Both the position numbers and the translations under genes were made by a program. This document shows positions 11,101-20,405 of a stretch of DNA of 64,000 bases, piece after piece. The notes beneath the pieces are model-generated. The model had not been told where the DNA came from and did not search any database. It saw only the letters and a list, made by a program, of their open reading frames with translations. Every line of letters starts with the position of its first letter. Within the stretch, counting starts at the first letter, position 1. Source of the DNA: Candidatus Komeilibacteria bacterium (GTDB lineage: Bacteria; Patescibacteriota; Patescibacteriia; UBA1558; 2-01-FULL-52-15); the NCBI GenBank assembly GCA_043801745.1, contig JAZDLR010000022.1, positions 65,960-129,959 on the forward strand, in the 5' to 3' direction.

Positions 11101-11927
11101 ACGTCAACACTGCTGTTGTTAGTGAAGTTAACCTTGGTAAAAGGATAACGGGCAGCAGAACCAAGCACCATACCAGTAGCAGGTGTATCGCTAGCCAAAG
11201 ACACGGTGACAGAGCCACCGATCTGAGGCACGTTAGAAGAGGCATTGATAGAACTCAAAGCACTCTCCTGACCGGTAATAGAACTACCGGTAGAGTAACC
11301 AGTCAGACTAGCGACCTTCACAACAAAGGCATAGTCAAAACTGTTAACAGTGAAGGCGTCACCAGAAGCAAACGGACGGATGGTCGTACCATCTACGTAG
11401 TAGATAGTAGAATCACCAGTCTTCTGAATCAGAGAACCAGTGGGGAAAGTGGAACCAAGGTCAGCGCCAACTGTATAGGTGGCAAAGAAATAACCCGGGA
11501 TCACATCATTAACCCGCTTGGCCCAGTCATTACCCCAGAGGGCTTTGGCTGCGTCTTCGGTCTTGATCCAATTCATCACACCGCCAGGACTAACGGCATA
11601 GACTTTGTTGCTATCAACGGTCTTTACCATTTTAGTACCAGGACGATAGGTTACGGCACCGCCAGCGGCATATAAATCCAAATCATTGACGGTTACCTTT
11701 TTGATACCATTGAAATTCTTGTACCAGGTGAAGTAGGTTTTGGCATCAGGAAAAACATACTTCTTGTTGTCCGCGCCGATGTAGTAAACTGCCTCGGAGT
11801 TCGGACCTTTGATCAAGTCACCAGCAGCCAAAGCATGAGCCGTCGGTACCATTACCGGAGCCATGTATAACATGGTAGTGACAAACATCAAAGAGACGAC
11901 GAAGAACTTCTTAACTAAATTAGACAT
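8184..11927 (-). CDS. Large S-layer-like secreted protein
   Basis: Signal peptide (..AHA); N-terminal GDLIKG..AVYY repeats typical of CPR surface proteins; Thr/Ser/Gly-rich beta-sandwich-like body; SD-like TAAGGAG upstream. Confidence 0.85.
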   Translation of the reverse strand: MSNLVKKFFVVSLMFVTTMLYMAPVMVPTAHALAAGDLIKGPNSEAVYYIGADNKKYVFPDAKTYFTWYKNFNGIKKVTVNDLDLYAAGGAVTYRPGTKMVKTVDSNKVYAVSPGGVMNWIKTEDAAKALWGNDWAKRVNDVIPGYFFATYTVGADLGSTFPTGSLIQKTGDSTIYYVDGTTIRPFASGDAFTVNSFDYAFVVKVASLTGYSTGSSITGQESALSSINASSNVPQIGGSVTVSLASDTPATGMVLGSAARYPFTKVNFTNNSSVDVTVDQAVVKRLGIASDGAFTDLDLLRASDSQPLNDYSKSLGSEHTATFNDDWTIPANSTLGVIIAGNMAANTSSASGLASYAGEVPVLALQSVTLKGGATLTGSLPISGNYQNLNGTILIGTATVVAGGQNPSAATKEVGTTNYIVSSFKVTAGGQEDLTIKSVTLTNNGSTSASDIKNLKLVNANTNATIATMATVATKKVTFSNINYTLGKGKNVTFDVRLDIDSGSGRDISMDIDMQGDLVVSGNSYNTNILPTFTGVSSSPYFNAAQTTVGNGTLRVESLAISPTNISEGLTQVALGSFKFVAKGEPMNITSIGWNFVLTTTSASADFTDITNVTVYGPSGAVVAGPKDFTAITYTGAGMKNTATTTDTISVPVGESTYTVKADLSSDFTASDTIKVGVEAGAIVNKGETTGNTISVLPAATNVQSSTMTVKAASLAVTTDTTPAAQTVVAGSQDFTVAQYVLSAVNSGTDIEVTSISPTYKTTGAAYPNILSGFTLWSGATEIGINSDSTTCSGATCSTAATNATTTLTLNDNALIIPKGTSKVVTLKADIGTGATSGTFLVALNNTSASVVGSIAAVDSEAQAITPTVTNANGQAMQLTTGGTLNVSIASDPKASNYIAGSTVEIGRVTIQPKYEGVTYNYLGFTLASPSGGIAGNYEDISSLSLWDGSTKLGEVSLSSANATITPTNMKQAVNEEKTYVVKATFTGVGSPSAAASGEGVKVSLTNIDANGTSAGSSALTVSGIGTTFNDVAIFKSLPTVTKIDFAGSGTITGNDTINLYKFSVAADSAGPVGLYRFTFGVSTTTVYLSTTGYYLYESSSSSSLGDLVSKGADFSLVTNTGAGTITMRSYFDVNDDSDPTVGEHIVIGAGTTRYFTLRGTVSSGHDGTADNESISVVMAGDHAYAATSQKHAQGVYTTTDLGDFIWSDLNFDLYSTTTATNNVGWYNGFRVPGLDTTSSTAQVVGD

Positions 11928-12544
11928 TTAGAATCTATCTCCTTACGTTCTATTACCAGCGCTTTCATTATCGTCTTGCTCTTAATCACTTGTGTTAACT
12001 TCCACCCCTCAACCTTTCGGCTGAGTTCGACCTTGCTGGCCGGAAGCCAAGTGGAGCAGAGCGATAACTTATCGAAAGCGGAACAGTATTAGAACGAGTT
12101 ATTAGAGTTGCGTTCAATAGGCCAGAGGCCCACAAACACAACGGCCCGCTCGATCGTAAGATACGAGTGGGTGCAAACGTTCCCTTAATGCGCGCGCAAT
12201 AAGCACACTCTTCGACTCGTCACGCCAAAGGCGAGACTCGCTCAGAGCCACCAACCTGCACGTTTTACAGGCTGATTAGTTAAGGGACCTAGTTCCCAAC
12301 CGTGACAAAGCACCATGTAGGAACTAGAACCTTAACCAACATACTTCTTTAGCCACCCAAAGGTGACCGAGGAGGTATTTGCGCGTTAGTTATGGGAAAA
12401 CGTTTGCTGTCCCGTTTGACGGGGACGGTTTGTTAATAAACGAACATTCGCTATCCTTGATCAGTCAAGCTTTACTCGACGAACCAGAGGTTTAACGACC
12501 AATTTAAATAGGTGTTCAACCAGACCAACCGTACTGTGAAAGAA
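11928..12544 (-). ncRNA. Candidate large structured leader/ncRNA upstream of the S-layer-like gene
   Basis: Nested helices, e.g. 11946-52/12090-96 and 12173-81/12399-407; GAAA tetraloop; no ORF. Confidence 0.6.
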
Positions 12545-13825
12545 CTACTGACCTCGTGTCTCCGTAGAGGTTGCCCCTTTACTCACTGTCTCTATCTTGA
12601 TACTACCGGTGGTAGCGGCGGCGTTAGCGTCTTTTTCTACCCGTGCATCCTTCTCTTCTTGTTTAGTGCCAATAATATTCACTTGAGCCAAAATACTGGT
12701 AATTGAATCAATCAATGTCTTGCTGGCTTCTAATTTCTTACCAGCCCCATCTTCCTTGCCCTCGGTCAGAAGCTTAGCGGCTGCGGCTAAATCAGTTTCT
12801 GCCTCTTTTACCTGACCAGCTAACTTGATATATTGGGGATACAGAACGCTCTTAGTAGTATCCTCTAAAATCAGCTTGCGGACCGACTGTTCATCAATAC
12901 TAGCCATAACCTTTTTAATGTCATCTAGTTTAGACTGTTGCGAAGCAATTCTATTAGTCATTAGATCGTTAACTTCTGATTGAGCTACTGCATTATTATC
13001 CTGATCCTTCATTTCCAATACTGTATTGTCCGCGTTAGTAGAAACTCCTTCATGCAATTTAATGGCTTCAGTAAAAGCAGTGACCACGTCCTTACCGCGA
13101 ACTTCCTCGCTCTTAATATCTACACCGCTCTGTTTATTGACTTTAACTTGCTTGTAAATCTTCTGATTACTGGCAATCACGCGTCCATCAACTACCACCA
13201 CACCGGCAATAGCTTTGGCTTGCTGTTCCAGGGTCTTGGCAGTACTTTCAGCCCGACGGGATAAATTGCGGGCCAGATTAAGAGTCTTATTAACACGGTT
13301 GGCATCACCACTGGATTTGGCAATTTTCAAACTGCTGTCAGCTGCCACAATATTTTTCTCCATACGTCGCACTAATTCTGCCATAGCCTGATCTTTAACT
13401 TGAGGGTCAATATTTTCTTTGGAAGAAATCACTGCCAGCTCCCGTAAACGGTTATCCGCGTGCTTCATGGAAATTTCCGCTTCAGACACCGGGTCATTAG
13501 CAAAAGTTAATTCGGCTTTTTCTAGAGAAATCTTAATAGTATAGAGTAAATCTCCCGGAACAGCCGCCTGAGCCATAAAACCAGTAGAAGAAATCGTCAG
13601 AACCATGACAGCAAAAACTACCAACTTGACCGTAGACGGTACGAAGCGGCGGGTAATGCGTAAAGAAACTAATTCGGCCTGCTGACCCAAGGACAGATTT
13701 TCAGCTTGGCGTTGTTTCTGAATTAAAGAAATCTCTGACAACAAAGCAGCTTTATCCACACGTAACCAATCCTTATCAGGAATTAGGTCGGACTGCTGTT
13801 TAATTTTGTTGATTTGATGGATCAT
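12545..13825 (-). CDS. DUF5667-domain membrane protein, putative anti-sigma factor
   Basis: Single TM followed by AVPGDLLYTIK..E and A.NRLRE motifs; overlaps the ECF sigma gene. Confidence 0.75.
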   Translation of the reverse strand: MIHQINKIKQQSDLIPDKDWLRVDKAALLSEISLIQKQRQAENLSLGQQAELVSLRITRRFVPSTVKLVVFAVMVLTISSTGFMAQAAVPGDLLYTIKISLEKAELTFANDPVSEAEISMKHADNRLRELAVISSKENIDPQVKDQAMAELVRRMEKNIVAADSSLKIAKSSGDANRVNKTLNLARNLSRRAESTAKTLEQQAKAIAGVVVVDGRVIASNQKIYKQVKVNKQSGVDIKSEEVRGKDVVTAFTEAIKLHEGVSTNADNTVLEMKDQDNNAVAQSEVNDLMTNRIASQQSKLDDIKKVMASIDEQSVRKLILEDTTKSVLYPQYIKLAGQVKEAETDLAAAAKLLTEGKEDGAGKKLEASKTLIDSITSILAQVNIIGTKQEEKDARVEKDANAAATTGSIKIETVSKGATSTETRGQ

Positions 13826-14363
13826 GGGGAATCTCTTGATATAAATCTTTCAATTTGGTCAAAGCCCGGTGCAGAGTAACACGCACATTATTTTTATCCT
13901 TACCCAGAACCGTACTTATCTCTTCAATGCTCAATCCTTCTAAATGGCGCAGGGTGATAACTTCCTGATATTCATCCTTGAGTAAAGCTATCCTCTGACG
14001 CAAGATATCCAGATCATAGCCGCTGCCAGATTGAGCCGGAACAACAGTGGCTACTGTTTCATCCAAAAGTGTCGGCGTTTGCTCCTTGGCCCGGTAGAAA
14101 TCCACAATCTTGTTGCGGGCTATCTGGTAGAGTAGGGCCCGGAAGTTACGGATTGTCTTCTTATCTATAATGTACTGCCAAGCTCGCAAAAATACATCGT
14201 GGGTAATGTCCTGGGCTATTTCCTTGTCAGAAGTCCGGAATAAAACGTAAGTATAAATCTTAGCGGCATACTGGTCATAGAAAAAGCCGAAAGCATCAGT
14301 ATCACCGGCTAACAGCCGCAAATAGGCAATACGCTCCTTTAAACTTTTACGAACACCTTTCAT
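13800..14363 (-). CDS. ECF (sigma-70 family) RNA polymerase sigma factor
   Basis: GD.DAF, AQDITHDVF, LYQIARNKIVD, EGLSIEEI..LGK...VRV.LHRA. Confidence 0.95.
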   Translation of the reverse strand: MKGVRKSLKERIAYLRLLAGDTDAFGFFYDQYAAKIYTYVLFRTSDKEIAQDITHDVFLRAWQYIIDKKTIRNFRALLYQIARNKIVDFYRAKEQTPTLLDETVATVVPAQSGSGYDLDILRQRIALLKDEYQEVITLRHLEGLSIEEISTVLGKDKNNVRVTLHRALTKLKDLYQEIPHDPSNQQN

Positions 14364-14794
14364 TTAAGTAGTCGAAAAAATAGCTAAATAATTACACTAG
14401 CGGCTGCGAAATAGACACAATACACAAAAAAGCCCCTTAAAAGGCCCAAGACAAACAATGTACTCTGACGCCTTCATCATCAGATTGAAAAAATCATAAC
14501 AAAATCACCTTTTTTTGTAAACTTGACAGGTTAACAGGAATTAGGCGTTAGGAATTAGGTTCTTAGCAAGAGGGCCCAAAAAAATATCAATAGCATCAAC
14601 AAATGACATGTAGTTAAACAGTGGAAGATATCAATAACTTTGAAACAAATCATCCACGCATGCCCTACCAGCCTAAGAAGCTAATGCCTACAACCTAATT
14701 CCTAACGCCTACAACCTGGTTAAGTGTAGAATAGTGTATACTTTGTTAGTTAGAAGTTGTAAGATTATAGTTGTAAGTATATTTTCTGCTGACA

Positions 14795-14850
14795 ACCTAC
14801 CGACTATCTCGGCCACAGGCCGATCGCCCTGCTGGGCGAAACCTACAACT
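14795..14850 (+). repeat. Double-hairpin direct repeat, copy 1
   Basis: actatctcggccacaggccgatcgccc...gggcgaaac recurs at 15217-15271. Confidence 0.85.
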
Positions 14851-14853
14851 AAT

Positions 14854-15189
14854 ATGGACATCCGTGTATCAATATCAGAAGCAGCCAGATTATTCGGGGT
14901 TTCCACTAAAACGATCAGGCAGGCCATATATAATGGCGAAATCCGCTATATTATTGTTAATGGCCGATATAAGCTAAATTTTGACAGCTTAGTACACTGG
15001 AGCCAGCTTAGTACACGCCGTAAAAATTTGCTGTCCCGAGCTGGATTAGGTCAGTATGTGGATAAGTGGAAGATATCCAACATTAAATATAGTCCTGGCG
15101 CTCCCAAACCGGAAGCCTCTGAAATTAAAAAAAAGCGGCCAGAGCCGCCAACCAAGTATATCCCCATTAAACCAGGGGATCAGTTGTAA
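14854..15189 (+). CDS. Excisionase/MerR-like HTH_17 DNA-binding protein
   Basis: VSISEAARLFGVSTKTIRQAI motif; start reassigned to the ATG at 14854. Confidence 0.85.
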   Translation: MDIRVSISEAARLFGVSTKTIRQAIYNGEIRYIIVNGRYKLNFDSLVHWSQLSTRRKNLLSRAGLGQYVDKWKISNIKYSPGAPKPEASEIKKKRPEPPTKYIPIKPGDQL

Positions 15190-15216
15190 GTTGTCAATTG
15201 AAGGACATCTTTTCTT

Positions 15217-15271
15217 ACCTACAACTATCTCGGCCACAGGCCGATCGCCCCAGTGGGCGAAACTTTCAACT
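15217..15271 (+). repeat. Double-hairpin direct repeat, copy 2
   Basis: Near-identical to 14795-14850. Confidence 0.85.
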
Positions 15272-16356
15272 TAAAACTGCACAGTTATTTCCTGCTGCTT
15301 AGAAGCGCGGATTACGGTTAATTTTGTACTATCGCCAGCTTTATAACCCAGCAATAGTTTACCCAGGCTATTATTGTTTGTCAGGCTAATAGCTGTACCG
15401 CCAACAGCAGTAATGATGTCTCCCGGCTTAATACCGGCTTTAGAAGCAGGGGAATTGACGACAACTGCCGCCTTGGCAGGATTATAAACCAGAACTCCTT
15501 CATCCTCCTTATGTCCGGGTAAACGATACAGATCTAAATAATACAATCCGACAGAGACATAGGAACTTTTAGCTAAAAACTTATCCACAGCTGCATTCAA
15601 ATAATAGGCCGGCAACATCTTACCGTTCTGACCCAAACCAACCACTGAACCAGATAAACCAAAGAAAAACATCGGGTCACTGCTGACATACTCAGTTAAA
15701 GTCGTCTGATCAACCAGGCTAGGGCCATGAACCTGACTGGCTTTGCTAGTTGAATCAATCGCATTGACCTGACGAACTATTGTGCGGTCAAATAAATAAC
15801 CGGCCACCAGATGGGCCTGTTCAAAAACTAAGGTTGAGCCTTGATATAATTCATCATCACGGGCAAAGCGGATAGGAGATAAATTACTAGCATCAATTTT
15901 AATAAATCGCACTCCGGCTACAGAATCAATAGATTGTTCGCTGGGCCGATAAACTTTATTATTTACGACAATGTCAATCTGAGCCGGTAAAACTGCACCG
16001 GCCGGGAATATTAACCAGCCGTCAGAAGTAGCTATCAGAGCAGTACCAATATATTCCTTGTCGCTATATAGCTGATTAATTGCTTGTCCGGATTGTTCCA
16101 CATGAGTATAAACGGCGGCCAAATGCTGATCTAATTGATTAGCCACAACTGTTAAAGGCTCGTCAAACTTGATCTTAATGTTGGTAGTATCGTTACCAGA
16201 ACCAGTAATGATCGTATCCGCGGGATAAATAGCTCGCATTAAACTGAACCCGGCCGCACCCGTAACTAAACCGACTAAAGCACTAACAATAGTAACACTG
16301 ACCAGAGACGGTGGCCTCTCGGCTGTAGGACGAATAAAATGCTGAAAATTAGCCAT
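15271..16356 (-). CDS. HtrA-like PDZ-domain membrane protein (protease domain looks degenerate)
   Basis: N-terminal TM; TSDGWL; C-terminal PDZ (NSPASKAGIKPGDII); no GNSGG catalytic motif. Confidence 0.75.
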   Translation of the reverse strand: MANFQHFIRPTAERPPSLVSVTIVSALVGLVTGAAGFSLMRAIYPADTIITGSGNDTTNIKIKFDEPLTVVANQLDQHLAAVYTHVEQSGQAINQLYSDKEYIGTALIATSDGWLIFPAGAVLPAQIDIVVNNKVYRPSEQSIDSVAGVRFIKIDASNLSPIRFARDDELYQGSTLVFEQAHLVAGYLFDRTIVRQVNAIDSTSKASQVHGPSLVDQTTLTEYVSSDPMFFFGLSGSVVGLGQNGKMLPAYYLNAAVDKFLAKSSYVSVGLYYLDLYRLPGHKEDEGVLVYNPAKAAVVVNSPASKAGIKPGDIITAVGGTAISLTNNNSLGKLLLGYKAGDSTKLTVIRASKQQEITVQF

Positions 16357-16357
16357 A

Positions 16358-17113
16358 TTATAAGCGCGTTAGAACCAAAACCATAGCAGCGACCAGAATT
16401 AAAATCAAGGTTCGTAAAAAGAGTTTCCGCCGGCTGGACAAATCCTGACCCATGATTGTCAGGAAAGTAACAAAGAAAAACCACAACGTTAACAACACCG
16501 ACTGCATATAATAACTGATCGGCAGAAGATTAATGGCCACGAAAAGCTCTACCGTAGTACCGGTTACTGCGGTCAAAATTAGCCACAAAGAACCCTTTTT
16601 CTGGCCATGGGCCTTAACTAACTGCCAACACGCCAAAAAGGTAAATAAACCGTTAATCACCAGAGCCAGCCAAAAAGGAAAGTTCAAATTAACCAAAGAA
16701 AAATATAACAGATTACTAATTTGCCAAAAACTTACCAACTGAATAAACTGATTAACCTCCAGATACTGCTGAGCGGAAAAAATTTTGCTACTGCTGTAAT
16801 ATTGAGCCAGAGAAAATAATAACCACCACCACAGAAAAACCACGAGTATGGCATACAACCAGGCAATTGCCGGCGTTTCCGCATCAGCGAACTGAAGAAA
16901 CTGCGGATAGGCAAAGACCACTAATAAACTATAAGAAACCCAGAGCCAGCCATCAGTGCGCCACGCTTTACGGCTAAACCAATGAAACAGCCAAACCGCC
17001 AGAATAAACTCGGCCGCCATAATATAAAACAACCAATGCCACCAACTAACAGTGGCAAAAAAACCCAAAAAAACCCACACCAGCGAACTATAATAGACTA
17101 GGCGTCGAGCCAT
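16358..17113 (-). CDS. Polytopic membrane protein
   Basis: About 8 hydrophobic helices; tight operon spacing. Confidence 0.75.
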   Translation of the reverse strand: MARRLVYYSSLVWVFLGFFATVSWWHWLFYIMAAEFILAVWLFHWFSRKAWRTDGWLWVSYSLLVVFAYPQFLQFADAETPAIAWLYAILVVFLWWWLLFSLAQYYSSSKIFSAQQYLEVNQFIQLVSFWQISNLLYFSLVNLNFPFWLALVINGLFTFLACWQLVKAHGQKKGSLWLILTAVTGTTVELFVAINLLPISYYMQSVLLTLWFFFVTFLTIMGQDLSSRRKLFLRTLILILVAAMVLVLTRL

Positions 17114-17116
17114 AGT

Positions 17117-17542
17117 TTAGGAACTCGGCAATTTAGCCAACAAAGATTGAATCGACTCCGCCGACCAAGTCTGGTTCTTAGCAAAAGTCTGTAATTTAGT
17201 CTTAATTAAGGCAATTTGCGGCGGATTCTGTTTGGCCCAAAGATCAAAAGCAGTGAATAAGGTTAAGTGATCGTATTTGACCTGATCATTAACAATTAAT
17301 GACTGCAAATGCGTCACGGCTGTATTTAAGGCCGCTGGCAAAGAATCGGAGGGCGCAGCTGCCACCTGACTCAAAACTTCGGCCACTTGTTGCCGATACT
17401 GCTCGACAGACAATTTCTGACTAACTTGAGTTGACCCTTGGCCAGCTGGCGGTATCGCATGCCAGCGCAAATACCAAGTAATGGCAGCGCCGATCACAAC
17501 TAAAACAGCAATAAATAAAATGATGCGAAAACGATGAAACAT
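17117..17542 (-). CDS. Hypothetical membrane-anchored protein
   Basis: N-terminal TM; operon spacing. Confidence 0.7.
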   Translation of the reverse strand: MFHRFRIILFIAVLVVIGAAITWYLRWHAIPPAGQGSTQVSQKLSVEQYRQQVAEVLSQVAAAPSDSLPAALNTAVTHLQSLIVNDQVKYDHLTLFTAFDLWAKQNPPQIALIKTKLQTFAKNQTWSAESIQSLLAKLPSS

Positions 17543-17545
17543 AGA

Positions 17546-17980
17546 TTATTTTTTAGACGGTTGATACATCCAACCAATCAGTATACCAAATACAACATTA
17601 GCGACCAGCCAGGTAATCATCCAGGAAATAGTTAACTCCAACGGCAAAGCTAAAGCTGATAGGCACAGAAAGAAAGTCGGCAGAGTACCAATCATCCAAA
17701 TCCAGAAACCGTATTGAACACCCTTATGAAGGCCTTTTCCGGGAATACCGTTGTAAAACAGGGTGTAACCCAAGACAAACAACAATGATTCCACGAAATA
17801 ACTGCCTAACTTCCAGCCGGCTGACGGTTCAAACCAAATGCTGGCATCCAGCGACTGATATAGCGGACTTAAATAATAGGTCATTACGATCGAAGCAACA
17901 TACAAAATGACCGTAAAGGCCACAGCAATTTCCAAAACTTTCAATTGTTCCGATAATTTCACAAAGTCACCTCCTTTCAC
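17546..17980 (-). CDS. Four-TM membrane protein
   Basis: Hydrophobic; KG..YG..W motif; AAGGAGG within the first codons suggests the true start is the downstream GTG. Confidence 0.7.
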   Translation of the reverse strand: MKGGDFVKLSEQLKVLEIAVAFTVILYVASIVMTYYLSPLYQSLDASIWFEPSAGWKLGSYFVESLLFVLGYTLFYNGIPGKGLHKGVQYGFWIWMIGTLPTFFLCLSALALPLELTISWMITWLVANVVFGILIGWMYQPSKK

Positions 17981-18004
17981 TGAATGAAATTATACCACAA
18001 ATCG

Positions 18005-18328
18005 TCAAGCTAGTGGTAATGCTTCGGCCGACATTTCCTGCCAAATGCCCGACGCCTCATTCAAAAGAAAAACCTCTAAATGAGAAGTTGTTTCATTGGG
18101 GTCAAAAACATAGGAAACTTGGGTTTCGCCGCCGGACCGGTGAGTATAATTGGTTTTTTTGGTCAAAACTTTCGGCTGCTGAACAAAACAAACTTTTAAT
18201 TGACCAGCGGGGGAAGTAAATTCTAAACAGTGAGCCACGCCAGGATCCAGCTGCTCTTCGTACTCATCAGTAACAGCATACTGGCCGCGGATTAATTGTT
18301 TTACTTGTTCCCAGCGTTCTGGCGTCAT
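18005..18328 (-). CDS. Conserved CPR hypothetical protein
   Basis: MTPERWEQ...F..P.G..K...KKT.Y..R.G pattern. Confidence 0.75.
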   Translation of the reverse strand: MTPERWEQVKQLIRGQYAVTDEYEEQLDPGVAHCLEFTSPAGQLKVCFVQQPKVLTKKTNYTHRSGGETQVSYVFDPNETTSHLEVFLLNEASGIWQEMSAEALPLA

Positions 18329-18371
18329 AAAATAATAGGTTGTAGAAATGAGGCGTTAGGTAGTAGCCGGA

Positions 18372-19061
18372 TTAATTTCCACCAAACGTGCGTTTGCGGT
18401 TGGCGAAATCTTCCAAGGCCAGACGTAAATCAGCCGGAGAAAAATCCGGCCAAAACTTGTCGCTAAAATACAATTCACTATAAATGCCCTGCCAGGGCAT
18501 AAAGCCGGATAATCTCCTCTCCCCTGCCGTGCGAATAATTAAATCCAGATCCGGTAATTGATGGTATAAATGCTGAGATAAATCTTCGGCCGAAATATTA
18601 GTTTTGCCCTCTTTAATTAATTGATTGACAGCGTCAACCAATTCTTTGCGGCCGCCATAATTCAAACAAATATTGATCACTCCCCTACTATTACCGGCCG
18701 TCAGTTGTTCAGCTTGCTCAATGGCTTGAACTAATTCCGTACTTAATTCAGTGCGTGAGCCGCTGATCAACAACTTAATATTCTTTTTATTCAAACCTTC
18801 AGCTTCTTGATTTAAATAACGCACAAAAAAATCCATTAAATAGGACACTTCTTCGGCTGCGCGGTGCCAATTTTCCGTAGAAAAACCCCAAGCGGACAAA
18901 ACCTTGACTCCGGCGTCAAAAGCAGCCTCGGCCACAGGCTGGAAGGCCTTAAAACCCGCCTCGTGGCCTTTTAGCGCGGGCAGACCCTTAGCTTTGGCCC
19001 AGCGGCGGTTGCCGTCAGGTATAATGCCGATATGAAGAGGAATTTGTGTAGTTTCAGCCAT
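18372..19061 (-). CDS. uppS: Undecaprenyl diphosphate synthase
   Basis: HIGIIPDGNRRWA, FSTENW.R, NYGGR, RT.GE.RLSGF; start reassigned to 19061. Confidence 0.95.
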   Translation of the reverse strand: MAETTQIPLHIGIIPDGNRRWAKAKGLPALKGHEAGFKAFQPVAEAAFDAGVKVLSAWGFSTENWHRAAEEVSYLMDFFVRYLNQEAEGLNKKNIKLLISGSRTELSTELVQAIEQAEQLTAGNSRGVINICLNYGGRKELVDAVNQLIKEGKTNISAEDLSQHLYHQLPDLDLIIRTAGERRLSGFMPWQGIYSELYFSDKFWPDFSPADLRLALEDFANRKRTFGGN

Positions 19062-19255
19062 AAAGTTAGCTATACAAAGCTTATCATAGCAATTAATCAC
19101 GTGGTTATCAATTATTTTGGGGCTGGGGACTTGGGGCTTGGAGCTTGGGATCTAGTACAAAAAACCCTTGCGGGCGAAAATGGTGACCCCACCCAACTTC
19201 GTCCACCAGGGGCGGACTTCGTTGGGCGCAGCCGGGAATCTCACTAATTATTTTC

Positions 19256-19330
19256 TGGTACCGCTACGGAGAATCGGACTCCGATTTTAGCGTTGAGAAC
19301 GCCACGTCCTGACCATTAGACGATAGCGGC
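19256..19330 (-). tRNA. tRNA-Glu (CTC)
   Basis: Cloverleaf GCCGCTA...TAGCGGT-ACCA; anticodon loop TTCTCAA; atypical T loop TCCGATT. Confidence 0.9.
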
Positions 19331-19537
19331 ATATCTGCCTACCTAATAAGCTACAACCTACCATCCTACAAGCTAACTCGTTTGACATTACCTTATTTTG
19401 CTGTTGTTATCAAGGTTAGCTAAATCCAAATAAGTTCGTTTTTCTATTAGTGAGCCAAGTCCGAAAGGGCTGTCTTTTTTTCTTCCATAAACCAACGTAA
19501 ACCCCCAGATTTTTTGGTCTGGGGGCTAGCGCAATAC

Positions 19538-20011
19538 TTACGCTCTCCTTTCCTTACAGCCGACACTCCACATCATTACTATTGGCTTTGGCCAGGAATC
19601 AACTACCGGACGCAGACGGTAAGGTAGCCGATTCTGCTTCATGATGCTATTTACGCTTTCGTAACGGGTTTTGTAATCCACTATAAGTGGTGAATTACCG
19701 CCGTTCTTCAACTGCTGCAGAAAATTCACGGCTCCGGAAGTTAAACCGCTAGCCGAAAAGATGGCGCGCCAGTCATCTTCCGATAAACAGTGGGTTAATT
19801 TGCATGAATGCGGACCTCCCCGTTTCTTATCAAGCTCAACGGCCGGTAGCTGTGTGCACAAAGAAATCAGGAGCTTGCCGCGGCTCGTGTATCTATGGGT
19901 GGCAATTAGTTCGTGAGTTGGTTGCAGAATACCCGCGTCTATCAACTTTTGCGTTGCGTCTGCAGCAACGCTAGTTACGATAGACTCTACCACTGTCTTG
20001 GGGTTTGACAT
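19538..20011 (-). CDS. Hypothetical protein
   Basis: AAGGAGG SD, TTGACT promoter-like site upstream, hairpin downstream. Confidence 0.65.
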   Translation of the reverse strand: MSNPKTVVESIVTSVAADATQKLIDAGILQPTHELIATHRYTSRGKLLISLCTQLPAVELDKKRGGPHSCKLTHCLSEDDWRAIFSASGLTSGAVNFLQQLKNGGNSPLIVDYKTRYESVNSIMKQNRLPYRLRPVVDSWPKPIVMMWSVGCKERRA

Positions 20012-20114
20012 TTCCCGCCTCCTTTTGACAATAGCCCCTTGAATGTACGATCGCCATATCTTTACAATACCCGCATGTTAAAGTCAACTCTTTTCGGTAG
20101 AACTTTGTGAGTAT

Positions 20115-20405
20115 AAAAAAACTCCCGCCCTAGGCGAACCTATTGCGGGAGTGTTAGTCGTGAGGATATCCACATCCTTTCCTTGGCGGGATGTCTGCCA
20201 GCAAATCCCCTTCACCTCGGGTAGTTGGGCTCTGGACCAGATCTTGATCTAATCCTGGGTAACGAGTCACCCCTGACTCGTAAGCACCTCGTGATGCTTA
20301 GATTAGACCCTTCCCCTTGTCCGCCCCAGCATGCCGGTCTGGCGAGCTACCACTGTCCGGACGTGTCCCGGACCTCACGACAAAATTGTTTCATGAACGA
20401 ATACA
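20115..20405 (-). ncRNA. Candidate standalone structured RNA (~290 nt)
   Basis: Closing helix 20157-65/20373-81 with nested helices; minus-strand promoter 20412-20440 and terminator 20115-20152; strand not certain. Confidence 0.55.

Noticed and set aside
8758-11675. Plus-strand ORFs antisense to the S-layer-like gene (and similar shadows elsewhere)
   Set aside because: Shadow frames of strongly biased coding sequence
14734-14853. N-terminal extension of the HTH ORF, and similar extensions of uppS, rsmH, mltG and mutM
   Set aside because: They run through repeats or neighbouring genes; family motifs start at the downstream Met
14854-15189. Prophage or integrative element marked by the excisionase-like gene
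   Set aside because: No integrase, phage genes or att duplication of the tRNAs seen
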